From: Somniosus microcephalus
Lineage: Eukaryota
Direction: 5' to 3'
Assembly (NCBI GenBank): GCA_052327205.1
Contig: CM126215.1
Location: 109,120,001-109,184,000, forward strand
DNA: 64,000 nt
The notes beneath the pieces are model-generated. The model saw nothing but the letters and a program-made list of their open reading frames with translations. It did no database searches and was not told where the DNA came from. The position numbers were made by a program, and so were the translations under genes. Within the stretch, counting starts at the first letter, position 1. Every line of letters starts with the position of its first letter. This document shows positions 24,563 through 34,858 of the stretch, one piece after another.

Positions 24563-25702
24563 ATGGGGGCTGCATTGGGTGCCAACGCTGAGTTTCAGCC
24601 TTATGTCGGAAGGGCTTACAGACGCCGTGAGAGAGTGGCAGCCCTGGCTAGACGCAGAGGGGGCAACAGGCGTCGCCAAGTAAGGCCTTACCCACCCAGG
24701 GTATACCGCCAGCAGTTCTCCTATCTCAACATGTCTGCCGCGCAGTGTGTTAGGAGGCTGCGATTCAGAAGGGAGGTGGTTGCAGACATTTGCCAGCTGC
24801 TTCACAGAGATCTGCGTCCACAGCTGATGCGCAGGACGTCTCTGTCGGTGGCAGTGAAGGTGACGGTGGCTCTCAACTTCTATGCCACCGGCTCCTTCCA
24901 ATCCGCTGCTGGGGACATCGCTAACATCTCCCAGTTCGCCGTGCATTGCTGCATCCGCCAGGTGACCAATGCCCTTTTCAGAAGGAGACGTCAATTCATC
25001 TCCTTCCCCATGACCCTGGACAAGCAGCAGCAGCGTGCAGTGGGATTTGCAAGAATAGCGGGCTTCCCCATGGTGCAGGGCGCCATTGACTGCACGCATG
25101 TGGCTTTGCGGGCACCTCTGGAGCATGCCGAGGATTACTGCAACCGGAAGGGCTACCATTCCCTCAACGTACAGCTGGTGTGTGACCACAGGCAGCGCAT
25201 CCTAGCTGTCAATGCCCGCTTTCCAGGCAGCAGCCACGATGCCTTTATCCTGCGACAGACAACTGTGGCTGACATGTTCCAGGCACAGCCTCACCCAAGA
25301 GGATGGCTTATCGGGGACAAAGGCTATCCTTTGTGTACCTGGCTCATGACCCCGCTCCGCGCGCCCACGACCCCTGCTGAAGAGGCATACAACGAGAGCC
25401 ATCAAGCGACCAGGAACCTCATTGAACAAACAATCGGTGTCCTGAAGCAACGGTTCCGCTGTCTGGATCGCTCCGGGGGAGCCCTCCAGTATTCGCAGGA
25501 GCGAGTCTCCCAATTCGTCGTCGTTTGCTGCATGCTGCACAACCTGGCTATCCGCAGGACTCAGGCACTGCCACCTCACGTTGGACCACCACCTCAGGAG
25601 GAGGAGCAGGAGGAGCATGAGGAGGAGGAGGAGTACCAGCCCAGGAGGGAGGCAGAAGGTCCAAGGGCCGCCCGTCGGCAGCTTATTGAACGTCACTTCT
25701 AG
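24563..25702 (+). CDS. Harbinger DDE transposase (HARBI1-like), 379 aa
   Basis: GAIDCTH, NRKGYHSLNVQLVCD, PGSSHDA, GDKGY, IEQTIG and CCMLHN motifs; TATA box CTATAAAG near 24387. Confidence 0.95.
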   Translation: MGAALGANAEFQPYVGRAYRRRERVAALARRRGGNRRRQVRPYPPRVYRQQFSYLNMSAAQCVRRLRFRREVVADICQLLHRDLRPQLMRRTSLSVAVKVTVALNFYATGSFQSAAGDIANISQFAVHCCIRQVTNALFRRRRQFISFPMTLDKQQQRAVGFARIAGFPMVQGAIDCTHVALRAPLEHAEDYCNRKGYHSLNVQLVCDHRQRILAVNARFPGSSHDAFILRQTTVADMFQAQPHPRGWLIGDKGYPLCTWLMTPLRAPTTPAEEAYNESHQATRNLIEQTIGVLKQRFRCLDRSGGALQYSQERVSQFVVVCCMLHNLAIRRTQALPPHVGPPPQEEEQEEHEEEEEYQPRREAEGPRAARRQLIERHF

Positions 25703-26019
25703 GCCCCCTGTCAGGGAATGGCTTGTGCCAATGAAAGAACATGATTGCAGCTGCTCCGCAAGCCCTCAGCCGGTTAAGGCAACAAACACTTCAAAGATCA
25801 AACATGGACAATGTGAATAAATAAAATTGTTTATTGTACAAACTCAGGGCCCTTCCCACATGAAAACCAAAAACACACGAAACCCCCAAAAAACACTCAC
25901 ACACATGACTCACTCCCACAACCTGGGGAGGATTAACAAAAGATGTAAACAAAAATGGCCTTCATCCTCGGCCTTCACAAAACACCCATTCCAAAAAACA
26001 AAACATTTGGACACACCCT

Positions 26020-27942
26020 CTACTTAGTGGCCCGCGAGGGCAATGCCTTCTGCAAACTTTGGCGGACCCTGCACACCCTGCTGCTCCTCCTCAAAGTGAG
26101 GCCAGTGGCTGCTGCAAGGCTGGGGGAAGGCTCCTGAGGGGCACATGTCGTGACGGCAGATGCCCTTGGGGGTCGGCCTAGACGAGGTCTGGCCATCGAG
26201 GGGCCGGCTGGTGAATGCTGCAGCTGTGGCTGGGCAGCATCAGTCACTGCAGCAGCTCGTGGCAGCTCCACTGGGGGAGTGGCAGTGGCGGCTGGAGGAA
26301 TGGGGGCAAGCTGGCGGATGGCAGGTGCTTGCTGGTCGCCTGAGACACTGGCACTCGCCCGGGCCAGCACTGCAGCATGCGCAGCAATCTGCCGAGGGAC
26401 AGACCGCTGTGCTGCTGCAGCGCGCCGGGTGCCCTGGCGATGCCTGGCTGACACAGCGAGTGTGGCAGCAGTGAGTGCCCGTGTTGCCCTGTTCTGTGAC
26501 CGCATCAGAGCAGCCAGTGACTGCACGGCACCACTGATCACCTGGCCAGTCGCTGCCTGAGCTGCCCCGAATTCCGCCAAACTGGTGGCCTGTGAGGCCC
26601 CGAATTCGGTCACACTCCGAGACAGGGACTCGATGGCCTCAGGCATCCATGCCACTACCCCCATGAGCTCCGTGTGCCGGCGCTCCGAGTCCGCGGACAT
26701 GTCCTCGAGGCGGCGCATCTCCTCGGCGTTGACCGTCTCCGGACTGGAGGCCGGACTCTCCCTCTGGGGAGAAGGCCGCCGAGCTGGCCGACCCTTCCTG
26801 CGTTGCTGGACGCCGCTGGGCCCAGCAATTGGACTCCCCTCCGACCCTTCCCCCCTCTGGGGAGAAGGCCACTGAGCTTCCACCCCCCTCCCGCGTTTCT
26901 GCAGGCCGCTGGTCCCAGGAGCTACACTCCCCTCCGACACTTCCCCCAGGCTCCCCTCCAGGGAAGACGTCTCCCCTACATTGGCATGGCTTGCCGCGGC
27001 TGAGGGTTCCCCTGATGGGCCGCCTTCCTCTTGCTCCTCCTCCTTCTCCTCTTCTGAGGGGCTGTCACTGGCAACTTCAGGGACCTCCTCCTCACCATCT
27101 GAAAGCAGGAAGGCACAAGAGTAGCTTTAGAGTGAGGAGAGGGCGTCAGCGAGGGATGCATGAGTGGTGGCATTCAGCGCATTGGTCGGACAGTGGCAAA
27201 GGATGTAGATCTGATGCGCAAGTGGCACGAGAGAGGTCCAAAAGGTGATGCCCTTACCATTGGTGCCCAGAACAGGGTCGGCATCTCCAGATGCAACGGG
27301 GCCAATCACCCGGCCACCCATGATGCGCTCCATGCGCTGTTGCAGCTCGGTGAGCGGCTGGATCTGGGGTCCGCCTCCCCCGGTCTCAGTCCGGCTCATC
27401 TTATTATTGGCCAGCTTGGCCTGCAAGAGAAAGGACGGCCTCTAAGTACAGTGTGTAGCCCTGATCTTCTGTGCACTGCCTCCCATGGTGGAATAGCCTG
27501 GCCAGTGTGTAGCCCTGATCTTGTGTGCACTGCCTCCCATGGTCGAATAGCCTGGCCAGTGTGTTAAGTGCACAATGTGCAATTGATGTTCATGACTGTC
27601 CCATAGCTGCTGCATGAGGGCTGGCCATTTGGGCTTTCAGGTCCCTTTGCCCATAATGTGAGGTGCACATGCAAGGATGAGGAGGATACTGGAAAGGGTA
27701 CTCACCCTGACAATCCTGGCGAGGTCATTTAGCTTTTTGCGGCATTGTACAGTGCTCCTGGGGACCTCACTGTTGGATGTCACCCTGGTGGCGACATGCC
27801 TCCAGGCTTTCCGGTAGAGGCGGGCCGCCGGCTTCTTCCCATTGTTCGGAAACAAAATATGGCGTCTCTTCTCCACAGCGCCAACCAGCACCCTCAGATC
27901 ATGCTCTGAGAAGCGCTGCGCTCGTTCACGGGCCTTCTCCAT
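26020..27942 (-). CDS. Harbinger Myb/SANT-like (trihelix) DNA-binding protein, 3 exons, about 492 aa
   Basis: Exons 27942-27706, 27420-27258 and 27098-26020 with GT..AG introns in phases 0 and 1 give one open frame; RFSEHDL...AWRHVA...RSTVQCRKKLNDL...TGGG motif. Confidence 0.85.
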
Positions 27943-28439
27943 CCTTTCAGGCGCTATTTGGGTCCAGCAGCAGTGTTCAGGCCTAGCTGGAGGGCTGCAG
28001 TGTCCAGGGCGTGGCAGCAGACCAACTCGACCCTTCCCCCTTAAGAGCTGGCCGGCGCCAGGGTGTCTGCTGTCAATCAAGAAATGGCCGCACATGCGCT
28101 GCGCCCGGCCTCGGCAGTATCGCTCAGCACCTCCGGCTTAGCGCCTAAAGAGAGCCGTGCGTCGCCAGTTTTAGCGCTCGAGCAAACTCTTAGGGCGAAG
28201 CTAATGAAGATCGGCGAAGTGGCCTCGAATTTGCGCCGGGCGCAAACTTTAGCGGCCGCCCGACTTTACCGCCCCAAAAGTGGCTATAATGAATTTCTAG
28301 GCCTACATCTATAAACACTGGTGTACTGGTTTAGTAAACTTCATGGGGATTCAGCTTGACAATTTTGTCCAGTGAGTAAACGAGTTATACAGACCAGGAT
28401 GCTCTCAGGTTTGAGCCCAATCTGGGGTGAATGCTGATT

Positions 28440-28615
28440 AAAAAGTCAATTGAAAATTTCAAAATGGAGATCGATAGATTTTTGTTCGGTAAGGGTATCA
28501 TGGGATATGGAACCAAGGCGGGTAAATGGAGTTAAGATACAGATCAGCCATGATCTCATTCAATGGCGGAATAGGCTTGAGGGGCTGCATGGCCTACTCC
28601 TGTTCCCATGTTCTG
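28440..28615 (+). mobile_element. CR1 3' tail
   Basis: GATCAGCCATGATCTC...GGCCTACTCCTGTTCC. Confidence 0.7.
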
Positions 28616-29558
28616 ATGATTTCAACTGGTGGTGGGTGGGGTGGGGTGGGGGGAGGGAGCAGTGCTGGTGCAACAATTGGCTTCAGTGCCCTTGAGTAGG
28701 AGAGGGAACCCCTTTCAAGGATTTCCACTCCTGATTACTATCCAATGACCTCTATTGGAAGTGCATATTGATGTGGACTTCAGGTGAGGACTGAATTGGG
28801 CTTGGCAGTGATCCCCAACAGTTGAATTGTCTGTCGACAGTCACCGTCAAGTTTCACACATGACTACCAGCCACTTGGGTGGCACATATAGGGTTGATGC
28901 CAACTAAACAGCGGCAGACTTTTTGGACCAAATGGCCTATTCCTAGTCCAGAAATTCTGCTCTTTTATGTAGGGGCAGAACTTAGCTGTTATGCCATAGA
29001 TAGGCTGGAAACTGGTATGGAACCCATCTCCACCAGATTTCTACCCCTTGATAGCTGCCATGTAAATTTCAATGGGGGCACAGACCCTTTCCATCTCCCA
29101 CTCCAGTTCGGGTTGCATGTCGAAGGGTTTTTCTGGGCTCCCTCGAAAATTCCACATGATACATTTGCAACACGGCCAGTAAGAACCAGATGTACTTAGT
29201 GTTTTGGGCTGCACGTGGAGCCCACTATGCCAAGTCAAACAGCAATTGATTCCAAACAGTTTGAATTTGGGCCCTACCATCTTGTGAGCAGCAGTGGTAG
29301 AGGTATGGCCAGCAGAACTCCTCCAGCAGACCGACCTTATAAATCACCAACGAAACAGCGGGTCATTGCACCGAAAACCTATTGAGTTCATGGGGTGGGC
29401 ACCCACATTGTGCCCTTAAGATGTAAGTGACCCTATACCTGTGGATTTGGGAGGGATCATGGCTTGGACTACAAGGTGAGTGAAGCTTCTATCAGAACTT
29501 CTATCCTCCTTATGTCTATCATATGTGTTGGATCATAAAATCAAGGGGCAGCCTTCAC

Positions 29559-30978
29559 TCATAGAATTATAGAATGGTTACAGCATTCGGCCCGTTGAGC
29601 CCGTGTCGGCTCTCTAAGGGCACCTCAGCTGGTCCCACTCTCCCGCCCTTTCCCTGTAGCCCTGTAATTTTTTTTCCTTCAACTCCCTTTTGAAAGATAA
29701 GATTGAGTCTGCCTCCACCACCCTTTCAAAAAGTGCATTCCAGATCTTAACCACTCGCTGTGTAAAAAAGTTTTTTCTTATGTCGCCTTTGGTTCTTTTG
29801 CCAATCACCTTAAATCTGTGTCCTCTGGTTCTTGACCCTTCTGCCAATGGGAACAGTTTCCCTCTATCTACTCTGTCCAGACCCCTCATGATTTTGAACA
29901 CCTCTATCAAATCTCCTCTCAATCTTCTCTGCTCCAAGGAGAACAACCCCAGCTTCTCCAGTCTATCAACGTAACTGAAGCCCCTCATCCCTGGAATTAT
30001 TCTCAGAAATCTTTTCTGCACCTTCTCTAAGGCCTTCACATCCTTTCTAAAGTGCGGTGCCCAGAATTGGACAAAATACTCCAGTGGCTGCTGAACCAGT
30101 GTTTTATACAGGTTCAGCATAATTTCCACACTTTTGTACTCTATACCTCTATTTATGAAGCCCAGGATCCCGTAAGCCTTTTTAACTGCTTTGTCAACCT
30201 GCCCTGCCACCTTCAACGATTTGTGCACATTTACCCCCAGGTCTCTCTGTTTGTGCACCCCCTTTAGGATTGTACCCTTTAGATTATATATCCTCACCAT
30301 TCGTTCTACCAAAGTGTATCACTTCACACTTTTCTGCGTTAAATTTCATCTGCCACGTGTCCGCCCATTTCACCAGCCTGTCTATGTCTTCCTGAAGTCT
30401 ATCACTCTCCTCCTCACTGTTCACTATACTTCCAAGTTTTGTGTCATCTGCAAATTTTGAAATTGTGCCCTGTACACCAAAGTCCAAGTCATTAATATAT
30501 ATCAAGAAAAACAGTGGTCCTAGAACCGACCCCTGGGAAACACCACTGTATACCTTCCTCCAGTCCGAAAAACAACCGTTCACCACTACTCTGTTTCCTG
30601 TCACTTAGCCAATTTCGTATCCATGCTGCCACTGTCCCTTTTATTCTATGGGCTTCAACTTTGCTGGCAAGCCTATTATGTGGCACTTTGTCGAACGCCT
30701 TTTGGAAATCCAGGTACACTACGTCAACCGCATTACCCTCATCAACCCTCTCTGTTACCACATCAAAGAACTCAATCAAGTTAGTTAAACACGATTTGCC
30801 TTTAACAAATCCGTGCTGGCTTTCCTTAATTAATCCACACCTATCCAAGTGACTGTTAATTTTGTCCCTGATTACTGTTTCTAAAAGCTTCCCCACCACC
30901 GAGGTTAAACTGACTGGCCTGTAGTTGCTGGGTTTATCTTTATACCCTTTGTTGAACAATGGCGTAATATTTGCCAGG
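29559..30978 (-). mobile_element. CR1 LINE, 5'-truncated, frameshifted RT
   Basis: NYRPVSLTS, DFQKAFDKVPH, SQGSVLGP, KFADDTKL motifs; CR1 tail. Confidence 0.95.
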
Positions 30979-32080
30979 TGTAGCTTTGGGGCAATCAGAA
31001 GTAAGTTTGAGATAGAGCAGACACTGCTGAAAAGAGCATGATTTTCTTGAAATGGTTAGTTCTTTAGAAAGTTGTGCAGTATTGCAGTGTACGATACAGC
31101 AGGCCAGTTGTGATGAAATTATCCCAAAAAGCATTAATTGTGCATGACATGATTTTCAAACCTGGTAAAAATATTTTCCATGATACTTCATCAGAAGACA
31201 GGAAAAATTATTATAAGATACATGTTATAATCATGGACATGAGTATGGACACAGTTAGATGGGTGCCTGACCCATGCAAGAGAAATTAACTATCAAACTC
31301 TCTGGCACAGAAAGTGGCACAGACATGCAGGAACGTCTGATGTCTGAGGAGGTCTCTTTCCAGCTCCTTGCACCACAAAGTGTGACTGGATCAATGAGAC
31401 AGATGACCTTAGCTGCCTCTTCTATTTTTCTGCTCATCTCTCCCATCCTCCTTCTACTTTATTGGCCTCCATTTTGCGGTTGTGTTTACCCCTATTTTGT
31501 CCTTTTAGTGCATTTTTACTGCCTGTCTGCAATGTATTCACAAGCTATTAAACTGAGTCACCAAAGTTGAGACTTGACTTTTACCCGTGTTTTCCCCTCC
31601 CTCTCTGCTTTGATCAGTTCTTTCAAGGAGCTTCCTCGTCTCCCAGAAATGTTAAACTATTATTTCTGGTCACAGGTGCTGACTGACCTGCTGTTCATTC
31701 CCAGTATTTGCAGTTATTTCTTTCTATTTCAGCAGTATAGTTGTTGGGACAAAAATCACTTTCCTAAAGTAGGTGTGTTTCTGATGAAAATAATTCCAGT
31801 AAGGACAATGTTGAAAATTTCCAAAAAGTTTTGAGGAGAAATTTGCAAAGTTGAGCTTGTTTTGTTGGTGAAAGGAAGATTGAGTAGAACATGATCCAGG
31901 TTGTTAAATGTGGAGGCATGATGATGGAAATGGGAGTAAACTATTTGACTCGAGGTCTCCTCTGAGATAACTCAGATGTCTCAAGCTAGATATCAGTGTG
32001 GTTGCCCTTTTCAGCATTGCCTCAAGTACCTGGGTATCTCCGCTATAGTATGTTGGCCAGAATTGTTCATATTGCAACTG

Positions 32081-32438
32081 GGGCAGCACGGTGGCATAGT
32101 GGTTAGCACTGTTGCCTCACAGCGCCAGGGACCCGGGTTCGAATCCGGCCTCGGGTGACTGTCTGTGTGGAGTTTGCACATTCTCCCCGTGTTTGCGTGG
32201 GTTTCCTCCGGGTGCTCCGGTTTCCTCCCACAGTCCAAAGATGTGCGGGTTAGGTTGATTGGCTATGATAAATTGACCCTTAGTGTTAGGGGGATTAAAT
32301 ACGTGGGGTTACAGGGATAGGGTGGGATATGTGTTGGTGTAGGGGTTACGGGGATCGGGTGGGATATGTGTCGGTGCAGGCTCGATGGGCTGAAATGGCC
32401 TCTATCTGCACTGTGGGGTTTCTGTGATTTCTGTGATT
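32081..32438 (+). mobile_element. HE1 (V-SINE), full length
   Basis: tRNA head GGGCAGCACGGTGGCATAGTGG...GGTTCGAATCC, V-domain, CR1-derived tail. Confidence 0.9.
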
Positions 32439-32840
32439 GTACTCCAGATGTGGCTGTACCAATGCTTCCTGGAATTTTACTCTATTCCTGTGGCTATATA
32501 TCCCAAGACTCAGTCAGCTTTCATTCCTCTTGCTGTGCACTGCGCTGTTGGTTTCAGTGAGCTATCTGTCAATACCTACAGATCCCGCTCCTGTATTGTG
32601 TCCTGAGCTATTTATTTAATATTCCTTGTTTATTTCCTTTCCAAATTTCATTACCTTATGTTTGTCCACAATAAATGACATTTGCCACTTATCAGCCCAC
32701 CCTTTCAAACCTCTCCTTTTATTTGATTTGCTTGTTCCCAATTGATTGAACCTCAACCCCACCATCTTTTCTAACCCAGCTCTCTTTATTTTCCCTCTCT
32801 CTAGGTCTGCTCTGTTTGTTTCCCTCCTGCCTTAGTAGTT

Positions 32841-33278
32841 TAACATAGAAACATAGAAGATAGGAGCAGGAGTAGGCCATTCGGCCCTTCGAGCCTGCTC
32901 CGCCATTCAATGAGATCATGGCTGATCATCCAATTTCAGTACCCTGTCCCTGCCTTCTCCCCATATCCCTTGATCCCTTTAGCCTCAAGAAATATATCCA
33001 ACTCTTTCTTGAATATATTTAATGAACTGGCCTCCACCGCCCTCTGTGGTAGAGAATTCCACAGGTTCACCACTCTCTGGGTGAAGAAATTCCTCCTCAT
33101 TTCAGTCCTAAATGGCTTACCCCTTATCCTTAGACTATGACCCCTGGTTCTGGACTCCCCGGCCATCAGAAACATCCTTCCTGCATCTAGTCTGTCCAGA
33201 CCTGACAGAATTTTATAGGTTTCGATGAGATCCCCTCTCAATCTTCTAAACTCCAGTGAGTATAAGCCCAATCGACAC
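32841..33278 (-). mobile_element. CR1 LINE 3' end (continuation of 38357-40816, split by Gypsy)
   Basis: GLYSLEFRRLRGDLIE; AACATAG-repeat tail; joins 38357 when the Gypsy element is removed. Confidence 0.9.
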
Positions 33279-33459
33279 TGTTGTGTATGTACCTTTAAGG
33301 GAATAACTGGTCTCAGACTGCAGTACCGGCAGTGACCACCCCTGTATAAAAGGCACTAACAGCCTTCTGTAGTTTCAGTTTCCCGTTTGTCTCCATTCAG
33401 TAAAGACTTGTTATGATCAACTCCTGCTGTCCGTGTCTCAATTATACACGGACATAATA
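33279..33459 (+). repeat. Gypsy 5' LTR
   Basis: Direct repeat of 38176-38356; TATAAAA box; AGTAAA signal; U5 hairpin 33428-33454. Confidence 0.95.
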
Positions 33460-33460
33460 T

Positions 33461-33470
33461 TGGCGATGAG
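33461..33470 (+). promoter_or_regulatory. Primer binding site (tRNA-Ser-like)
   Basis: TGGCGATGAG is one change from TGGCGACGAG, complementary to the tRNA-Ser(GCU) 3' end. Confidence 0.6.
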
Positions 33471-33988
33471 CAAATACGAACTTACCTACAGTCTGCACCA
33501 CCTCCTGGGATCCATTCCTGAAGCGAAGTGAGCAGAGGTCGAGGTCAGAAGGAGGAAAGAAGCAGTAGAAACGGGCGTCGACCGTGGGCATCCACCCCTG
33601 AGTCAGCGGAGTTGAAGATTGCAGGAGAGGCTGTCGAGAGCGGGGCTTGGTTCCTGTCGACGGTGCTTCAGCTAATCGGGCTGGTGGCAGGTAGTACACT
33701 GATCCTTCCTGGGCTGCGGCGGTTTAGAACTCGAGCGGGTGGCTTGCAATGGGGCCGAGCAGCGTTGTCGGGAAGAGGAGAGAGAGAGAGGGTGGAGCAC
33801 ACAGGGCGCGGCCGGTGCTATGAAGCCGGGCAGCGTACAGACCCGAGAAGAGGGAGGCAAGAGTCCCACAGGGTTGTTCCACGACGGGAAAATAATAAAA
33901 TAACAAAAAAATATATATTAAATGCGCAGAAAGCCGCGAGGAGCTGCAGGTTGCAACGGAAACTGCGGAAAGCAGCGCTAGCAACAGC

Positions 33989-34103
33989 GGGGAAGAAGGC
34001 AAAGCGCGGGAGGCGCCATCGTAATCCAGTGGGGAAGAAGGCAAAGCGCGGGAGGCGCCATTTTGTTAAATCGGGGAAGAAGGCAAAGCGCGGGAGGCGC
34101 CAT
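33989..34103 (+). repeat. Three copies of a 31-bp motif in the Gypsy 5' UTR
   Basis: GGGGAAGAAGGCAAAGCGCGGGAGGCGCCAT x3 with short spacers. Confidence 0.9.
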
Positions 34104-34117
34104 TTTAGATTTCCAAG

Positions 34118-34858
34118 ATGCCGAAGACTGGCTGTATCACTGCCTTTGATAATGCAATAGAGGACTGGACCACGTATGTGGAAAGAGTCGAGGTATATTG
34201 CGAGGCAAACGAAATAGCCGATGAGAAAAAGGCATCGGTACTGCTAAACTTAATGGGCGCAAGAACGTACGGCCTATTGCGGGACCTGATTGCTCCAGCC
34301 AAACTGAAGGCGAAGAGTTTTAACGAAATTGTTGCTATCCTACAGGAACACCTAAACCCTGCACCGCTGCTGATAGCAGAAAGATTTAAATTCCACAGGA
34401 GAACTCAGCATAAAGATGAGAGCAATGCTGAGTACCTTACGGAATTACGCAAGCTATCAAAGCACTGCCAGTTCGGAGCAGGACTGGCAGATACCCTACG
34501 GGACAAATTTGTCTGTGGACTCCTGAGTGAAGGAACCCAGAAGAGGTTACTCTCAGAGAAAGAGCTGACGCTAGATAAGGCTTTCAGTGTGGCAGTATCG
34601 TACGAAGCAGCAGCCAGGGGAGCTGCGGAAATACAACAAAAGCCACAGGAATACGGCACTCACGAAATGACACAGGGATTTGCAAAATGTTATCGCTGCG
34701 GCAGAACTAACCATGACCAGAAGGACTGCTGGTCCAAGGACAAAATATGCAGGCAATGCGGAAAGGTGGGACACATTGCACGAGGTTGCAGGTCTGGGAA
34801 GAAGACCAACAACAACAAAAAGGCTACTAAGGAACCGTACAGAAAGTACAAAAGATGA
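34118..34858 (+). CDS. gag: Gypsy Gag
   Basis: WTTYVER, ERFKFHRRTQ, LRDKFVCG; two CCHC zinc knuckles. Confidence 0.9.
   Translation: MPKTGCITAFDNAIEDWTTYVERVEVYCEANEIADEKKASVLLNLMGARTYGLLRDLIAPAKLKAKSFNEIVAILQEHLNPAPLLIAERFKFHRRTQHKDESNAEYLTELRKLSKHCQFGAGLADTLRDKFVCGLLSEGTQKRLLSEKELTLDKAFSVAVSYEAAARGAAEIQQKPQEYGTHEMTQGFAKCYRCGRTNHDQKDCWSKDKICRQCGKVGHIARGCRSGKKTNNNKKATKEPYRKYKR

Larger units (their letters stand above)
24056..28303. mobile_element. Autonomous PIF/Harbinger DNA transposon, apparently intact
   Basis: 14-bp perfect TIR GGCCTAGAAATTCA / TGAATTTCTAGGCC; TSD TAC; two convergent genes. Confidence 0.95.

Noticed and set aside
24461-25696. Antisense ORFs (242 aa and 164 aa)
   Set aside because: Shadow frames of the GC-rich transposase with no motifs
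24563-25702. Host gene HARBI1
   Set aside because: Flanked by TIRs and a TSD and paired with a Myb gene, so it is a transposon copy, not the domesticated gene
27450-27563. Approximately 54-bp tandem duplication
   Set aside because: Simple duplication inside intron 1 of the Harbinger Myb gene; only two units and no spacers
31255-31570. Possible host exon (overlapping ORFs on both strands)
   Set aside because: No recognisable domain or convincing splice-site pair
32081-32155. tRNA gene
   Set aside because: The A/B boxes are the tRNA-derived head of an HE1 SINE, followed by the V-domain and CR1 tail; the same applies to 15779 and the Deu-SINE heads
33528-34160. 210-aa ORF upstream of gag
   Set aside because: GTG start, low complexity, produced by the purine-rich UTR and tandem repeat; no domain recognised
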